Part shown: positions 12,650 through 26,569 of the stretch, piece by piece
Position numbering within the stretch: position 1 is the stretch's first letter
Layout of the letters: each line of letters opens with the position of its first letter
Assembly (NCBI GenBank): GCA_964304625.1
Contig: OZ199840.1
Span: forward strand, 6,489,440 to 6,553,439
DNA: 64,000 nt
Direction of reading: 5' to 3'
Origin: Kudoa neothunni
Taxonomy: Eukaryota; Animalia; Cnidaria
Translations under genes and position numbers: made by a program
The notes under the pieces: model-generated
What the model saw: only the letters and a program-made list of their open reading frames with translations
Databases searched by the model: none
Told to the model about the DNA's origin: nothing

Positions 12650-14486
12650 CAGTCGAGATTGGATGCTACGTAATTCCAAAATTCCAACGTTATTCTTTTT
12701 AGAGAGAAACTTAGTTTTTTGGTATTGTTATTATTTTATCATTTTGTAAACATTATTAACATTAAAAAGTAAAAATTTGTTGTATTTATATATAAAGTCT
12801 CGTTAATGCGTGGCTTTAGTAACCCATCTATTTAAAAATAGAAGTGTTTTCATTATGTCCCGTTAAAGACGTAATAGTTAAGAGAAAACAGAAATCATTT
12901 ATTATTATAATTCGATAAAAATATCGAAAGTTGTCGAAAAAATAACCATTTCTAAGTTAAAATTGAGTGATATGGTGATCTATTTTGAATATTAATACAT
13001 TGTCGCATTTAAGGTCATTTGGAAATTGATAGAATTCGTTCACACGACAATAAATTTAACAATACCGATATTGAAACTAAAAAGAGGGTATATTTTTCGG
13101 GAAAAATACAAAAATAGATGGTGAGCTGTATGATTGGCTTTTTAAACAATGGTCGTATGATAATGTTCTGCTGAAACATGTTATTATCGAAATTGTTCTA
13201 TACATTTTGAATCAAAAAGAAATTTCCAATTTAAAGTCTACTTAAGGGTGGTTTTCAGAGTCCACGTCAAAATATGGGATAGCTGTTAAAATTTTTCATG
13301 GTGAGGCTGCGAATACAGATATTTCATCTGTTGACTCATGGAGTGTTGAAAACACTAATTTGGTTAAGGAATATAATCCTAACGAGGTCATAAACATTGA
13401 TGAAACTGCCCTTCTTTTATGGGTAGTTACAAAACATAGGTTATGTTTTGAAGGATGAAGTCGGAATATAAGGCGAAAAATATCCAAATAATTGTGAATG
13501 TTTTACTGGCACTCTTTTTTTAATAGGGGTAAACTTCTATCGGTATTTACTGGTAAATTTCAGAATCCTAGACGTTTCAACTGAGTTAAACATCTACCGC
13601 GTGAATATTATTCATAAAAGCACATGGATGATGTGTAGTATATTTATAAACATAATTAGAAAGTTGAACCAAAAAATGATAGATGAGAATAGAAAAGTTT
13701 TAATTTTGTTGGATTAATATCCTCATCATCCCAAAAATATTGATTTTTTTAAAATATCGACATTTTTTTCCTACCAAAAAACAACTAATATTCTACAAAC
13801 CTTACTTTAGGCACCATCAAATGCATTAAAAGTAGACCAGGAATACAATGGCCAAGCACACGGTTTTATGTGAAGTTTTTACCATCGAAAAATAAACATT
13901 ACTAAACTCAATCATGCCGTTAATTAAACCTTGGGAGAATATTACGCCAGAAATTATATTTAGTTCATTTAAAAATCAAAAATGCTTGGCAGTTATATAT
14001 AAAACTGTAATAAAAAGTTATATCAGTTTATAGAACAAAAAGATTTAAGAAAGATATCCCAAGTCAGAAACAGTTCACAAAGTAATATTTTATGTATACA
14101 TAATTAATATTTTTAAATGAATTTGAAGTTTAATAAAATATATTTGACAATGATAATACTGCAAAATGTGAGAATCAAAATCATGCGGACTTATTGCCCA
14201 CAATGGTTAACCTGATGATATCGAACCAATTATTAAAGGAGTCCAAATTTTAATACAACAAATATAGAATATAATTAACATTTTAACCAAAGTTTTAATT
14301 CAAGAGGTTCCATCTTGATTGTTTGATTCATATCCCATAAGGGACAAAATTTAATAACTCTTCCTTAATTAAACTCTATGTTATCTGTGTTTTAACAAAG
14401 TTTGTTTGTAGGAATAACCATCAAACGTAAGCACAAGAAAATCATATTTTACAGTGTGACGCGCACGCAATATCCAATCTCGACTG
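12650..14486 (+). mobile_element. pogo/Tigger DNA transposon with decayed transposase
   Basis: TIRs CAGTCGAGATTGGAT / ATCCAATCTCGACTG with TA on both sides. Internal remnants GWFS...KIFHGEAA...YNPNEVINIDETAL, NPRRF, RKVLILLD.YPHHP and FFLPK match the DDE_1/CENP-B family. Confidence 0.9.
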
Positions 14487-14495
14487 TATGTAAAG

Positions 14496-14690
14496 CAGGG
14501 GTTCTCAACTGGGGGCACCCGCACCTTAGGGGGTGCGAACTTTGGTCTCAGGTGGTGCGAGATCCGATAAAAATTGAAAATAATTTTTGATAAATTATAG
14601 GTCAGTTACATCTTATCGTATGCAAAGGGGTGCGAATTTCGTTTTGTCACAAACTGGGGATGCTAATCCAGTTTTAGTTGGTAAGTGCTG
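14496..14690. mobile_element. hAT (Buster/Charlie-type) MITE, 195 bp
   Basis: Ends CAGGGGTTCTCAACT / AGTTGGTAAGTGCTG with a perfect 8-bp TSD ATGTAAAG (14488-14495 and 14691-14698). Confidence 0.85.
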
Positions 14691-16571
14691 ATGTAAAGTT
14701 TTTTTCAATAAAAGGACCTCTTAACATTATTCATTTTAATCTGCCCCAAAATTTTTTAAATTAAGATTTAAAAAATTGTTTGGCCCACATCAGTAATTAT
14801 TTGAAAATAAAATTTTTCCCCATTTGAAATATCACTCATAGCTTCTCAAAAGTATTATTTATATTATTTTATTGAACTTCAATATCGACAAATTTTATGT
14901 TTTAAATTATATTTTGGTTTGAAATACTGTCATACACGACGAGGGAATTTCGCCGGAACACAACTAAAACGCACGCACCATTTTAAAAATACATAAAAAA
15001 GATGTTAGAGTAAGAAAAACAAAAAATGAATATAAATTTTAATTCATTTTTACATTTGGAGCAATTCCCTCTCGTAACAATAGACAATCTGCACATGTGG
15101 ATTATACGGATTCGTAGAAATAGCCGGTGCCTTGAGAATACCTATTGAATGAAATTGAAGATTTGAGTCGTTTAATAAACTAATTCAGTGTATTTATAAA
15201 CTGATTCTTAGCTCCTTCTTAGTTTATTATGAGCAAAACGAACAGATCCTTACCCGCAGATGCACAAATTGCTAAAATTGCGTCTGAAATTTGAAGGAAT
15301 ATCAGAGTTTTTGTTTTTATTCTTGTTGTTGGTAATTCCCACTAAATCATGAATCATTCCCAATTTTATAACGTATATGGAAAATATATGAATTAATATC
15401 AAGGTTTATACACTACAAAGATAAAAAGAAAAAAATCAGTACAATAGGAGGTTTATTTTGTAAGCTGCAAAAATAGGCCCACTATTCTACTTGAGGTGTT
15501 GATGTTAAAAATCTATCCAAGTGATAAATTTTTGGTTTCATTTTAATATACTAACGTAAAAGAGAAATGCAGTGTTAATCTTGATACACATGCTAAGAAA
15601 ATCAACCTCCAAAATTTTGGGATTGAAAATAACACACCCGATGTAAATTCAGTCATTGATTTAAAGGGTTATATTATTTACAAAATTATGTAATAAAATT
15701 AAATATATTTGGGATTATTTTTATAAAAAGATCACTATAATAATATTGGGGCTATTGTAATGAAGCTGACTATCTTATATAACCAAAGAATATTCTAACG
15801 GTCTCCTAAGTATATTTAGCTAAAATTTATCAAACTAAACCTAAACATTAGGGACCACCTGCTATTAAAAACAAATATAATTCAAATGCATTTGAGGGTA
15901 AAATTATGCGGCGGTTCGTTTTAAAAGTCAAGGTTTTCTAAGATTTTTACATTTTGGTCTTTAAATATTCACGTATACAAAAAATTAGTTTTAAAATTTT
16001 TATCAGAAGTCATATAGTATCTTATATTTTGTAAAGAGTATTATTTATAGATTATAAGTAAGAAATGGATCCAGCAGGACTTTAATCACTACAACACTAT
16101 TGAAACTGATCATCAAATTTGTTGTTTGCGTCCATTGTTTTAATCCTAGCGTAGCAAATAAAACCCTATCGGAGATATCAAGGAATACCGACAATGTAAA
16201 CTTCATTCATAGGTTTAAGACGTAGTTAACTGTTTAGTATAAACAAAAATTAAATAAAAATTGATCAGAGCCATCTAAAAAATTTCGCGTGCATAAATAA
16301 AATAAAATTTAGAAACTGTATATAATAATAACAACTGTAAAATGTGTTTGTCTACTATTTCACTCAACTATGAATCTCAATAAAGTTATGAGAGTAATTA
16401 CACCTCATATGAAAAATAATATAAAATGTATGATAAATAATATTATTGCAGTATATTACCACGTCATTTCGTTGCAGATGACGCTGAGAAAATCCTACGA
16501 AATATCAAACTAGATGACAATTTATTTGAAATAAATTTTCAATATATTATATTATTTCAACGTGTAAATTT

Positions 16572-17204
16572 TTACAAATAATTATAAAGGTTGGTGGGGT
16601 TGTTGTAGTAGTTTTCAAATATCAACAAAATTTCGGACACTGTTAGCGATATAAACCCAACCCATGCCAAGGCGTAGCTATAATGGTAGTAGGCCTTGAT
16701 TAAACTGCCGCCAGTATATCCTCCAGTGTAAGTGTAGATACTTACCGACAATAAAGTGCTTAAGGCCGCTAGAAAGTTGAGCAACCTTGCGGTAAATAGA
16801 GGGTATTTTGGCACGTAGCAAAACAAACTAAACATAAATACAATCGTGGCCAGATTGAATATAATTCCGACTATCAGGATTCCTCTCACAGCATTTAACG
16901 TATCTAATGTCCGATAAACATTTAAATATACGCCTGGCAACAAAATATCTCTACCTGGAATCGAATATGAGGGATATGATGTACAATAGCCATCGTAATG
17001 AGCACACCAATACCACAAACCATACACCGTTGTATAGAAGCTATCTCGAACCCATCCTGGCGATATCACTGCTACCATCAAACACACAAACCCCCACACA
17101 CACAATATGATCGATATGATGATTAATAATGGCACAGTCTTTTTTGAAAAACATGGTATCTCTACCACATCCATTTTAGAAGAGGTGTTCAGGTTAGTTT
17201 CCAT
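16572..17204 (-). CDS. Claudin/PMP22/EMP superfamily four-TM protein; probable 51-nt intron at 16904-16954
   Basis: W-GLW-C-C signature (SPGW...YGLWYWC...C), four hydrophobic helices, and YHYSYALAW before TM4. Confidence 0.85.
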   Translation of the reverse strand: METNLNTSSKMDVVEIPCFSKKTVPLLIIISIILCVWGFVCLMVAVISPGWVRDSFYTTVYGLWYWCAHYDGYCTSYPSYSIPGRDILLPGVYLNVYRTLDTLNAVRGILIVGIIFNLATIVFMFSLFCYVPKYPLFTARLLNFLAALSTLLSVSIYTYTGGYTGGSLIKAYYHYSYALAWVGFISLTVSEILLIFENYYNNPTNLYNYL

Positions 17205-19986
17205 GGTGCTGTTATCAAATTTGTCTTTGTTTACACGATTTGACTCCCATAACTAACATTGTTATTGTGACTGTATGACGACACAATAAGATCTCCCACT
17301 TCGTAACAATACAGCGACAATAATGCCGACAAATAGACCACTGCAAAATCGAAATAATTTTGAATCAAATACTACGCATCATATTACTGATAATTACACT
17401 GGTGTTTAATATAACACAATAATATCATGATGAATAATGTGAAGAGTCGGTAAATGTTTTGGGAAATATAATTTCAAAATCAATACTTAAACTGAGATTT
17501 AGTTTAATGTTATGAAGAAGTTATTTACAAATTACAGAGATTTTCTGATTTATAAAAATAACTGAATTCAGGTGAGCATTAAAGTAGAGAAATTAATTGG
17601 CCCTTTTGAACAATAACACCGTTATAGTTGACATTCTGGCGTCTAATAATAACTTTAAACAAACCTTCACTACCAAAAAGCCACATAATTATATTTTACA
17701 GTTTTATAGTTAATTATTATAATTATAAGTTTTATCCGATATTTTTACCCCTGGCGTAATCATCTCGTGAGTAACAACGTTGATAGTTGCATTTGCTTGA
17801 AAAGTAATCATGGGTTGTTTCAAATAAATACTCTCCAGGAAAAACCGGGGCTTGGCAATAATTCTAATATTAAAATATAATGAGCTTTAGCAATTGTTTT
17901 TTTCCACATGGATCCTTAGTGACTGCGAATAATTGTTCGGAAAATGACAATAATTTCAGCCACTGCACTAGATTAGAATTAATATATTGAATTATCCTTT
18001 TATCAATAAAAAATAGATTATTATTTTGTTATTGTTAACTAATAGAATCATGATTGCATAAAGTTTCACTTGCTCCAGACGGTAGGAACTCGAATTGGCT
18101 ATTTTATCTTCGATTCAATAGAATTTTAAGAATAAAGTTTTCTTCGATAAAGGGCAAACTACAATCAAGATTGGATATTGCGTAAATTAAGATTTTCATC
18201 ATGAAAATAATTACATTGGAAATTAATTTTAAATAATTATCAGTATTTCATTTAGAAAATTAGTAATTTACAATAAAAATAAAAAAATATTCTTTCTGTG
18301 TCCCCGACATAGTATTGCGTAAAACCTTTTTATTGCGCAACGAAAAAATCAATATGAATCGATATTGCGTAATTTTTTCTTCAATATATGGAGGAAACAG
18401 TGTGATATTTTCGAGAAAATTAGTATAATACTTTGTTTAACCTCAATAAAAATAATCAAAGATGTCATAAAAATGAAGATAGAAAAATTTATCCTTAATG
18501 GTATGGTTATTTTGGTTATATCTGAATATATATATATATATATACACATATATATATATATTCTAGGACATTCAATGCTGACAGAATTCCTTCTCATGAA
18601 ATCAAGCTGAAAAATTCAGACATTGAAGGAAATAGGAAAGGCATTTAAATAAAAGATTCCTCGGCACAAGTGAAGAAATTTATCAAAAATCGCACCAATG
18701 ATCACATTATTTCTGAAGACTTATTCTCAAAATGTTTATTATCATTGCGAAAAAGAATAAAGTTCAAAATTATAGAGAAAGCAAGGGATGTGTAACAAAG
18801 TTTGAAAAAAATTGGAATCATTTTAAACATTTTCATGGTGAAACTACAAACAGCATTCTTTCATCTATTAATGGATCTATGAAAATAAAAATTTGACAAA
18901 CCCCTATAACCCAAGAGATATAATAAATATTATGATACCGCTATGTATTATGAGCAATTACAGAACAGCAGTTACTTATTAAAGGAAGGAAAGTGACAAA
19001 AAGGATAAAAGCTATCAAAAAAACTTAAAGATTTTGGTATTACACTTTTTATGTGGAGGAAATTTGCCATTATCAATAATTGGAAAATATTGAAATCCTG
19101 GGTGCTTCAAGGAGGTTAAAACATACCCTATGGTCATTGTGCTCCAAAAAATATCTCGATGATTTTGGCTATATTTTTCAGGAAATGAACAAGGTAAATT
19201 CTAAAATGTCGGCAAAGAACATAAAAATGCTAATCTTGCTGAGCCAGCGCCCAGCACATCCAAAAGAAATCTTTTGTTATGGCAATATAAAGATTATTTT
19301 AACTAAAAATACAACAGTTATTTTCCAACAAATCCATCTAGGGATGATTTCAATGTTTTAAAAATAAAAAAATGTGTACTTGTATGATATTATTTTATGA
19401 TTCATCAAATTCTAAATACAATTTACTTGATGCAATTTTAACTCCGAATAGCATGAAACTGCATCACATCAAAAATTATTTTGAACATTTCAAAAAATTC
19501 AATATATTTTATGAAAATAAAAGCTAATGCAAACAGTTAAAATTATATCTATTGTGTTAGGACGGGGAGACGGAAAGAGATGATGAAAGTGGTAAAAAGA
19601 ACAAAATTACAAATCACAACCAAACTTTTAACATTTTTATTATCGATAAAAACAAGGAAAACTACCTATAATGATGGCATGGTTCTTAATCGTGAATATG
19701 AAAATTACAATTTGCACCAACCACAAAATCTCAGTTCAAAGTGAAATAGAATCTGATGATATACAAACAAAGTTTTCGATAAAAGATGTTAGATAGACAG
19801 TAAATATATTAAGAAAAGCATTTATTAAAGAAACTGCATCTTTAACCTTAGTTCTCATATCAATAATGAATCAAATATTTAAATTATCATCTAAAAACGA
19901 CATCAATTAAAAATTATTTCATTTGTTTAAAAAATCGACATTTTTGTTCTTTTTGACTTGAAATAATTTTCTTCTATATAAGATAA

Positions 19987-21040
19987 TTAGCTGGAACTGC
20001 CCAGCGTTGCTTGGGGAAGATTTCACCTAGAGGCATTTTTTAATAGCATTCAAAAAATATATTGAAATCTCAAATTAACCCATAGAAACAAAATAACTAA
20101 AAATTTTTAATCAACTTACTATAACGATTTGGATTATGTAATTTAAATTATTATAATTTCTGTGAAGGAAAGTATCAATCCCGGCGTCCATTTAAAAATT
20201 TCGTGGCTCGGTAACTGGGTGCACCACTAACTTTTTAAGAGATAAAAAAATAGAAAAAATAAAAGAGATAGAAGAAAACTTATGAAAATCAATCGATATT
20301 GTTAAAATTAGCATTGTTTAACTCGACATAAACATACATGCGCTTTTATCATAAACAACCACAAATTGCGTCGATTTCAACATAAACGATTTAAATAATT
20401 TGGTGAAATAAAGGTACAACCATCCGCATTGAATTTAATCACATAAAGTAAAACTTAGCGGACAATTTAATGAAACCTATGAACGCAGTATTTCCATTAT
20501 AACGCTTCAATCAACGTAACTTTAACGTTCTCCACGAATTCGTTATTTATGAAACATATATAGATTTTTTAACACATTGAAAACCATTAATAGAACTTAT
20601 AAAATATACTTATCAAGTCATACATTAAAACTCCGCAAATAAGGAGTGTGTTTAAACAGACACCCAAGTAGAAACGCCAACCTTATATATTATAAAGATA
20701 GATAGAAGCAGTTAATGAACATATGATGGAGCATATAAGGGAGATAGTTAACTTCAACCGACCATAACCATGAAATAGGCAAGTGCTAATCCTATCGCTG
20801 AACTCATTTAATCCGAAAAACAAACTTTAAATCGACAAAATCACTATTTCATAAATACTTCTTGGAAACTTTCGTAGTCCGAAAACAATTAAACGATTTT
20901 TTTAAATATCGCAAATTTATAAAAATTTTATATATGGCTTATGGCTCTCTATAAGGAAAAAATTATCCGCACATGCGTACTTAGGACATACACACACACA
21001 AACAAACATACCGACAGTCCCCTTTTATATATATAAAGGA
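19987..21040 (-). mobile_element. Non-autonomous Helitron (composite, with two 5' ends)
   Basis: On the minus strand: A|TCCTTTATATATATAAA 5' end followed by a GTTT/GT microsatellite, and a 3' hairpin CCCAAGCAACGCTGGG followed by CTAA|T (CTRR end). Inserted between A and T with no TSD. A second 5'-like end A|TCTTTATAATATATAAGG lies at 20698. Confidence 0.7.
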
Positions 21041-21088
21041 TTAATTAATATTGATTATAACTAAGATAAATGCGTAAAACAAGTTTAA

Positions 21089-23569
21089 CCTTCTAAGTAA
21101 CATGGGGTGAAAAAAGACCCCAGAGCGATTTAAAACTCGATTTTCTCGAAGTATAAATAATTGCCAAATTTTAAATTTCTACTATTCTCCTAAAATACAA
21201 ACATCTATAAAAAAAATAATAATTAAAGAGATTTTTATATTTTATACTAATATTAAAACAATAAAAATACACCAAATAACATGGGGTGAAAAATGACCCC
21301 AGATTTTTATTTGTTATTTCAATACTACATAATTCAGTAATTCCAAAAATAAAGAAAGACTTAAATTTAAGAGTAGCTTCATGTCGAAAAATGACAAATA
21401 CTTAAAACCAGTCTTAGCGCGCAAGCGCGGAACTTTGTTTTAGTGGCGATGGAGTATTTTTTAGCAAGTAGCGATGATAGCATCGATGAATCTGAACCCG
21501 ATACATTGGATTTGGTATATACAAGGGGGTCTGATAGTGAAGACGTTGAAGATGAATCCATGATTTGCGAATATGTTGATTCCCTCGCTGATAAAAATAA
21601 TAATTTGTGGAGCATCGTGAAACCGAGAAAAACAAAAGATGCAACGGAAAACATGGTCAATTTTAAATAAGGTGTGACTCCATACGCCACTCAAAGAATT
21701 TCTAATATCGCTGGATGTTTTCAACATTTTTTCCCCTTGGAAATAATGAACAAAATCATCGAATTTACCAACCAATATGGAAATACTCATTATGGGAATA
21801 AATGAGAAAACGTTGACGTTGATGAACTAAATGGCTTTACCGGATATATCTTATATATGGCTATCCATAAAGATCGACAACAACCATTAGTTGATTTGTT
21901 TAGTTATGCTGAAGGCAGGCAAATATACAAGGATTTATTTTCTCTGCGAAGATTTAGGCAATTAACCAGAGCGATCCATTTTGATGACACAAACACAAGA
22001 GAGCAGAGAAAATTACTGGATAAATTTTGCTCCATTAGAGAGATCTGGGATATCTGGGTAAATATTGCGAGCAAAAGTTATAATCCAGGGTTTGATGTGT
22101 GTCTTGACGAACAGTTGGTATCCTTTAGAGGTAACTGCTCCTTCAGGCAATATATAGTGAATAAACCTGCGAAATACGGGTTAAAATCTTTTTTACTAGT
22201 AGATCCACAAACTTCATATGTATTAAATATGAATGCATATATTGGTAAAAAATGTTCGACTGATGCCAAAGTTCATGATGTTGGTAAGAATATCGCTCTC
22301 AAATTAACTGAAAATCTAATTGGTTCAGGATGCAATTTGGTTTGCGATAATTATTTTACATCGATTCCTTTGGCTGATGAATTGATCAAAAGAAGAATTA
22401 CCATAATTGGTACAATTCGTAAAAACAAACGAGATATACCACCATTCCTACTATTTAATAGAAGAACCCCGGTGAATGAATCAAAATTTGTTTTCAATGG
22501 AAAGAAAATGTTGGTATCGTTCACTCCAAAGAAAAATAAGAACGTCCTCCTATTGTGTTAATCTAATCATAACACAAAAATTTCTGGAATATTTCCTCAT
22601 AAGCCAGATGTTATCCTACAGTATAATGCTGCTAAAGGAGGCGTTGACACAGTGGACCGTATGTTGGCGTCGGTTTCAGTGAGACGATTCACCAGAAGAT
22701 AGCCGTTAGTTGTGTTTTACAACATGATTGATATCTCACTTGTAAATGCGTTTGTAGTTTACAAGGAGATATTTAACGAACCAAATATTAAAAGAGGAGA
22801 CTTTTTGAAAAAAGTCGCTTTTGAATTATCGGAACCATTAAACATTAGGAAGAACAAAATTCCACAGTTAATAGAACGTACAGGTTCCATAAATCCTCGA
22901 CATTCTGTTGGAAAATATTGCGAAAAAAGATATATCTGGTGTCGTCGAGACAAAGATAAAAAAACGACCATCACATGTGATCTATGTAAGCGTCCATGTT
23001 GCAAAGAACATGCAACTTATTCTTGCAAAGATTGTTCTTTATAGTTATTTATAGCATGAATTTTAATTAGTTTGTCCACAAGATTATATGTTAGTTTATT
23101 ACAGTTGTTCAATTATTTTCTATATATCAGATAATTTTTAAACTTAACTTATTTACTCCTAAACAATGGCATTAAAATAGAAATTATTGAATGAAATGAA
23201 CGTCTGTGTAGTTTGCTGAATCACTTTTAGATTGCCAATTTTACATTATGAAAATAGAAAAATTTATTTTGTTTCAATAAATCATTTATAGTTTATGGAT
23301 TTTTTATATTTTGTAAGGATTTTAGGAGAATTCTACAAACAGTCATTTTAAATTTCGGCAATCGCGCATTATATAGACAATATGCACGTGTGCACATGCG
23401 CGGAAAAATTTAAAACGTGGAAATAATATGGAAAACCTACAAATTTTTCAATTTTATTTAATTTTTAGTTAGTAAATAATCTAAGCATGTGAAATATGCA
23501 AAAACTTTTGGGGTCTTTTTTCACCCCATTGTTACTCGGAAGGTGCCCAATTTTGTGCTACTTAGAAGG
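21089..23569 (+). mobile_element. piggyBac transposon, full length, transposase pseudogenised
   Basis: TTAA TSDs at 21085-21088 and 23570-23573; TIRs CCTTCTAAGTA / TACTTAGAAGG; subterminal GGGGTGAAAAAAGACCCC repeats. Motifs LDEQLVSFRG, KPAKYG, CDNYFTS, GGVDTVD and a C-terminal Cys-rich domain. Four in-frame stops and one frameshift. Confidence 0.95.
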
Positions 23570-23899
23570 TTAAATAAAGCATGTTTGTTGTACGCGCGTG
23601 AGTGTGTCTCGATATTGCATAATTTTTTCGCGATCCCAAAAATTACGCAATATCAAATCGCGACTATCAATCTAAAACAAAATCAGAATTAATTCACTCT
23701 GGGAACGAAATAACGGGTAAGATAAAATTTTTGCCAAACGTACACCTTTTACACAAAACTAAAGATGTCCGCGTTGAGTAAAAATAAACCAAATTTTGCA
23801 TAAATCTTTGATCAAAAGTGACAACTTTCGATATTCAGCATATAGACAAAAGCAATTGATAAAAAATGGAGCAATTTTTGACAATCTTGCCCTTTCCTT

Positions 23900-24450
23900 G
23901 AATACTCAATTCAATTGCGTTACATACGTAAAAATTCAAGACCACATACCGCTATCTTGACCTATTACGATTTACGAGGTTATGAAGTTAATAAGCGATA
24001 TCGTCATCGGAAAAATAACCTATGCAAACGATAGAAGTGGTGGATAACGGATTTTCGTTCAGATCGACAAGTGTACCGTCGCCAAAGAAAATATAACGTC
24101 GATTAAGTTCTACAAAAATAAAATAATATTGATTTTTTGGTGGAATAAACGTAAATGGAATATTTTTTTAATTAAGACTAAATAGCCGCCATGTTCTGGG
24201 ATACATCATTTTGAGACATCTTCAGGAAAAGACTAGAATTTAGGCATATAATTAAAAAAATATCATTATCTTAAGAATTAATTTTTTCTCCACTGGGTGA
24301 ATAAAAACAAATATAACGTTAATTTTCATACTGATGTTCAAAAAATAGAATTTAAGGCTACTTAAATTATTTTAAAAAGAAACATAATTCGATAACCAAC
24401 GAAATTGAAGAGTATATTGCATATAGGGGTTAATTCATGGCCTTTATTTC
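23900..24450 (+). pseudogene. Merlin/ISXO2-like transposase fragment
   Basis: SGG.RIFVQIDK..., KYNV and FFGGIN resemble the Merlin GGxGxxVxIDE..KRKYNxG..WxFGG block. Ends not resolved. Confidence 0.5.
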
Positions 24451-25166
24451 TTTCGAAAAAAATATATGTTAGTTTTTAACACGAATTCATATTAATATTG
24501 TTATACAAAGGAATATTTTGGTATTTATTTGCAACATTATCAAAATTTGCATTATTTTTATATTACTCATTTGGTGTTTTTTTAATTGCATGACGATCTA
24601 AATTTACTATCACGACACTTCAGAACCTAGGATTTATACATCCTTTTTCGAATAAAATGTAGCCACACAAATTTATTTTTTAACTCAAAATATATTGACT
24701 TTTATTTAAATAATAAAATTATATACCCCGCAAAAATTAATAAAAACGTCGAAATTTTTTAAATATCTATATTCGCATGACGGAAATGTTTTTCCATAAT
24801 TTTTCATATCCAGTACCTTTCCATGACAAATGACACATGTCGAACGAGTTGGCATAATGTCAAATTCTACAATTTCCAAATGATAATCTCTCATTCACGA
24901 CTTCATGGTATCTAATCTGAAAGGGATATAAAATCTAAAAAAATTGGTTTAAAGGAATTACTGTTTAACCTTTTGAGTAGATTTAAATCGAGCAACTTCC
25001 AAGTGGAATGAAGTCCATTTTACTCCCATATTTTTATTAAAAGGTTATTATCTATTTTGAGAATTTTTGTGAATAATTAAACGACTTCATCATTGATTAC
25101 ACGTTAAAATTTGTATGTGCTCGTTTTTATCATAAATCTCAATTTTTAGCCCAACTAACCTTCTTT

Positions 25167-25556
25167 ATGACGCCTTCCTCTAAAATAAGACATATTGTGA
25201 TTTTTACGGTTATTTTTAATATAATATCTACCTCAAAAATAAGATCTAGTGATATTTTTAATAAGACAGATAAATAAGCCCTGACATTGTTTCAGAGTAT
25301 TTTGGTAGTGCTTATTTGGCAAGATATTGATTAATAGGCTTTGGTTATACCAATAATGAATAATTATGTTTCTATAATGATAACAATTAAGTTGTTATAA
25401 AAAACTTAATCTACATTACTTTTTTAGATAATTTCACAAAAGTATAATCCTTTTGATTGCATGCCAGAAATATAAGAACTACCTCGTCTATAAGACTGAG
25501 TCATATTAATTTTACACACGAAATATCAACTGGGTCTTATTTTCGAGGGAACGCTG
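25167..25556. mobile_element. pogo/mariner-like MITE remnant
   Basis: Right end GTCTTATTTTCGAGGGAACGCTG|TA. Degenerate left end ttcctctaaaataagac and repeated internal AAATAAGAC motifs. Confidence 0.45.
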
Positions 25557-26569
25557 TAATTATAAAAATATACTTAATATTAAAAGGTATCTTAACGTAT
25601 ATTCCGAGTATATTAATTTAAAGATAAAGATGGCATAAGTTTGAGCTCAGTCGACTCACCGACTTTTGAGGAATATGCGTTAAAATCTCATTTGGGCTCA
25701 AGTGGACCTCAGTTTACATGAAGGGTTCAATAAATCAGCCAACCATATTAACAAGGAAATACAATTTTTGGAAAATTCGTTTGTATAAAGAAAAATTAGT
25801 GATAGATAGATCAGAAAATGGTGAAAAATTTTTCGAATGATTCCAAATAACAACATAAATATTTTTAAAATAATTATCCACGATAATGTTCGAGAGCAGT
25901 AAGTTATTTTGTCACATGGCGTAAAAACATACAACAATTTAAAAAATTAGAATTTATCTATTACAGTTAATGAAAAAAATTATTTTGTTCAAAAACAATT
26001 ATAAAATGACAACATGGAAGCTGCGGGTGATCCTTAATGTGTAAATGACGAATAACGACTTATAAAGGTTTAGAAATTCTTCCTAATCTATGGCTAATTT
26101 TATTATGTCAACAAAATATTTTCACAAAGAATTATAAATTTTACTTAAAAACTTAAGGATTAACAATACTTAATATAATTTTTGCGATGTTGAACGAATA
26201 TCTATTATTTTCGCCGACTTGTTTCTTTATCAATGTAATTTTTCCAAAATTTGCCGAAAAATTCTTTTCGTGGTCATTTTAATCGGACGTTCATTCTAGA
26301 AATATGTTGAAAACCATTAAGTTAATCAATAATTTGATTTCTTTCTACTTATATACGTATATATTTATATTTGTGCACATTAAATCCAAAAATCATTCAA
26401 TTCATGAAAATTTAATCAAATAAAAGGTCAGAATATTGTACTTGAATTGACAAATTCATCATTACGAGAATTCCCGATCTGCGACTTGGTTGTTCAAGGA
26501 GTGGTGTTGTATGTAGAGGATTATTACCGCTTGGAGACTGCGCAAAGGTAAGGTGTGGATATCGCGAAA

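Larger units (their letters stand above)
18162..23665 (+). mobile_element. Decayed pogo/Tigger element carrying nested Helitron and piggyBac insertions
   Basis: Left end TA|CAATCAAGATTGGATATTGCG. Transposase remnants at about 18600-19500 (FHGE, YNPRDIINIYDTAMYY, ILLSQRPAHP, KNTTVIFQ). Right end cgcaatatcaaatcgcgacta at about 23646-23666. Both ends match the intact MITE at 30123-30344. Confidence 0.7.

Noticed and set aside
14940-15076. Mariner-like MITE (CGAGGGAATT...AATTCCCTCTCG)
   Set aside because: The TIR is short and imperfect, and the left TA target duplication is absent.
21449-23044. In-frame stops in the piggyBac transposase as evidence of an alternative genetic code or readthrough
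   Set aside because: The stops are a mix of TAA, TGA and TAG at positions explained by single substitutions (for example TGG to TGA or TAG), a frameshift is present, and host genes terminate normally at TAA and TGA.
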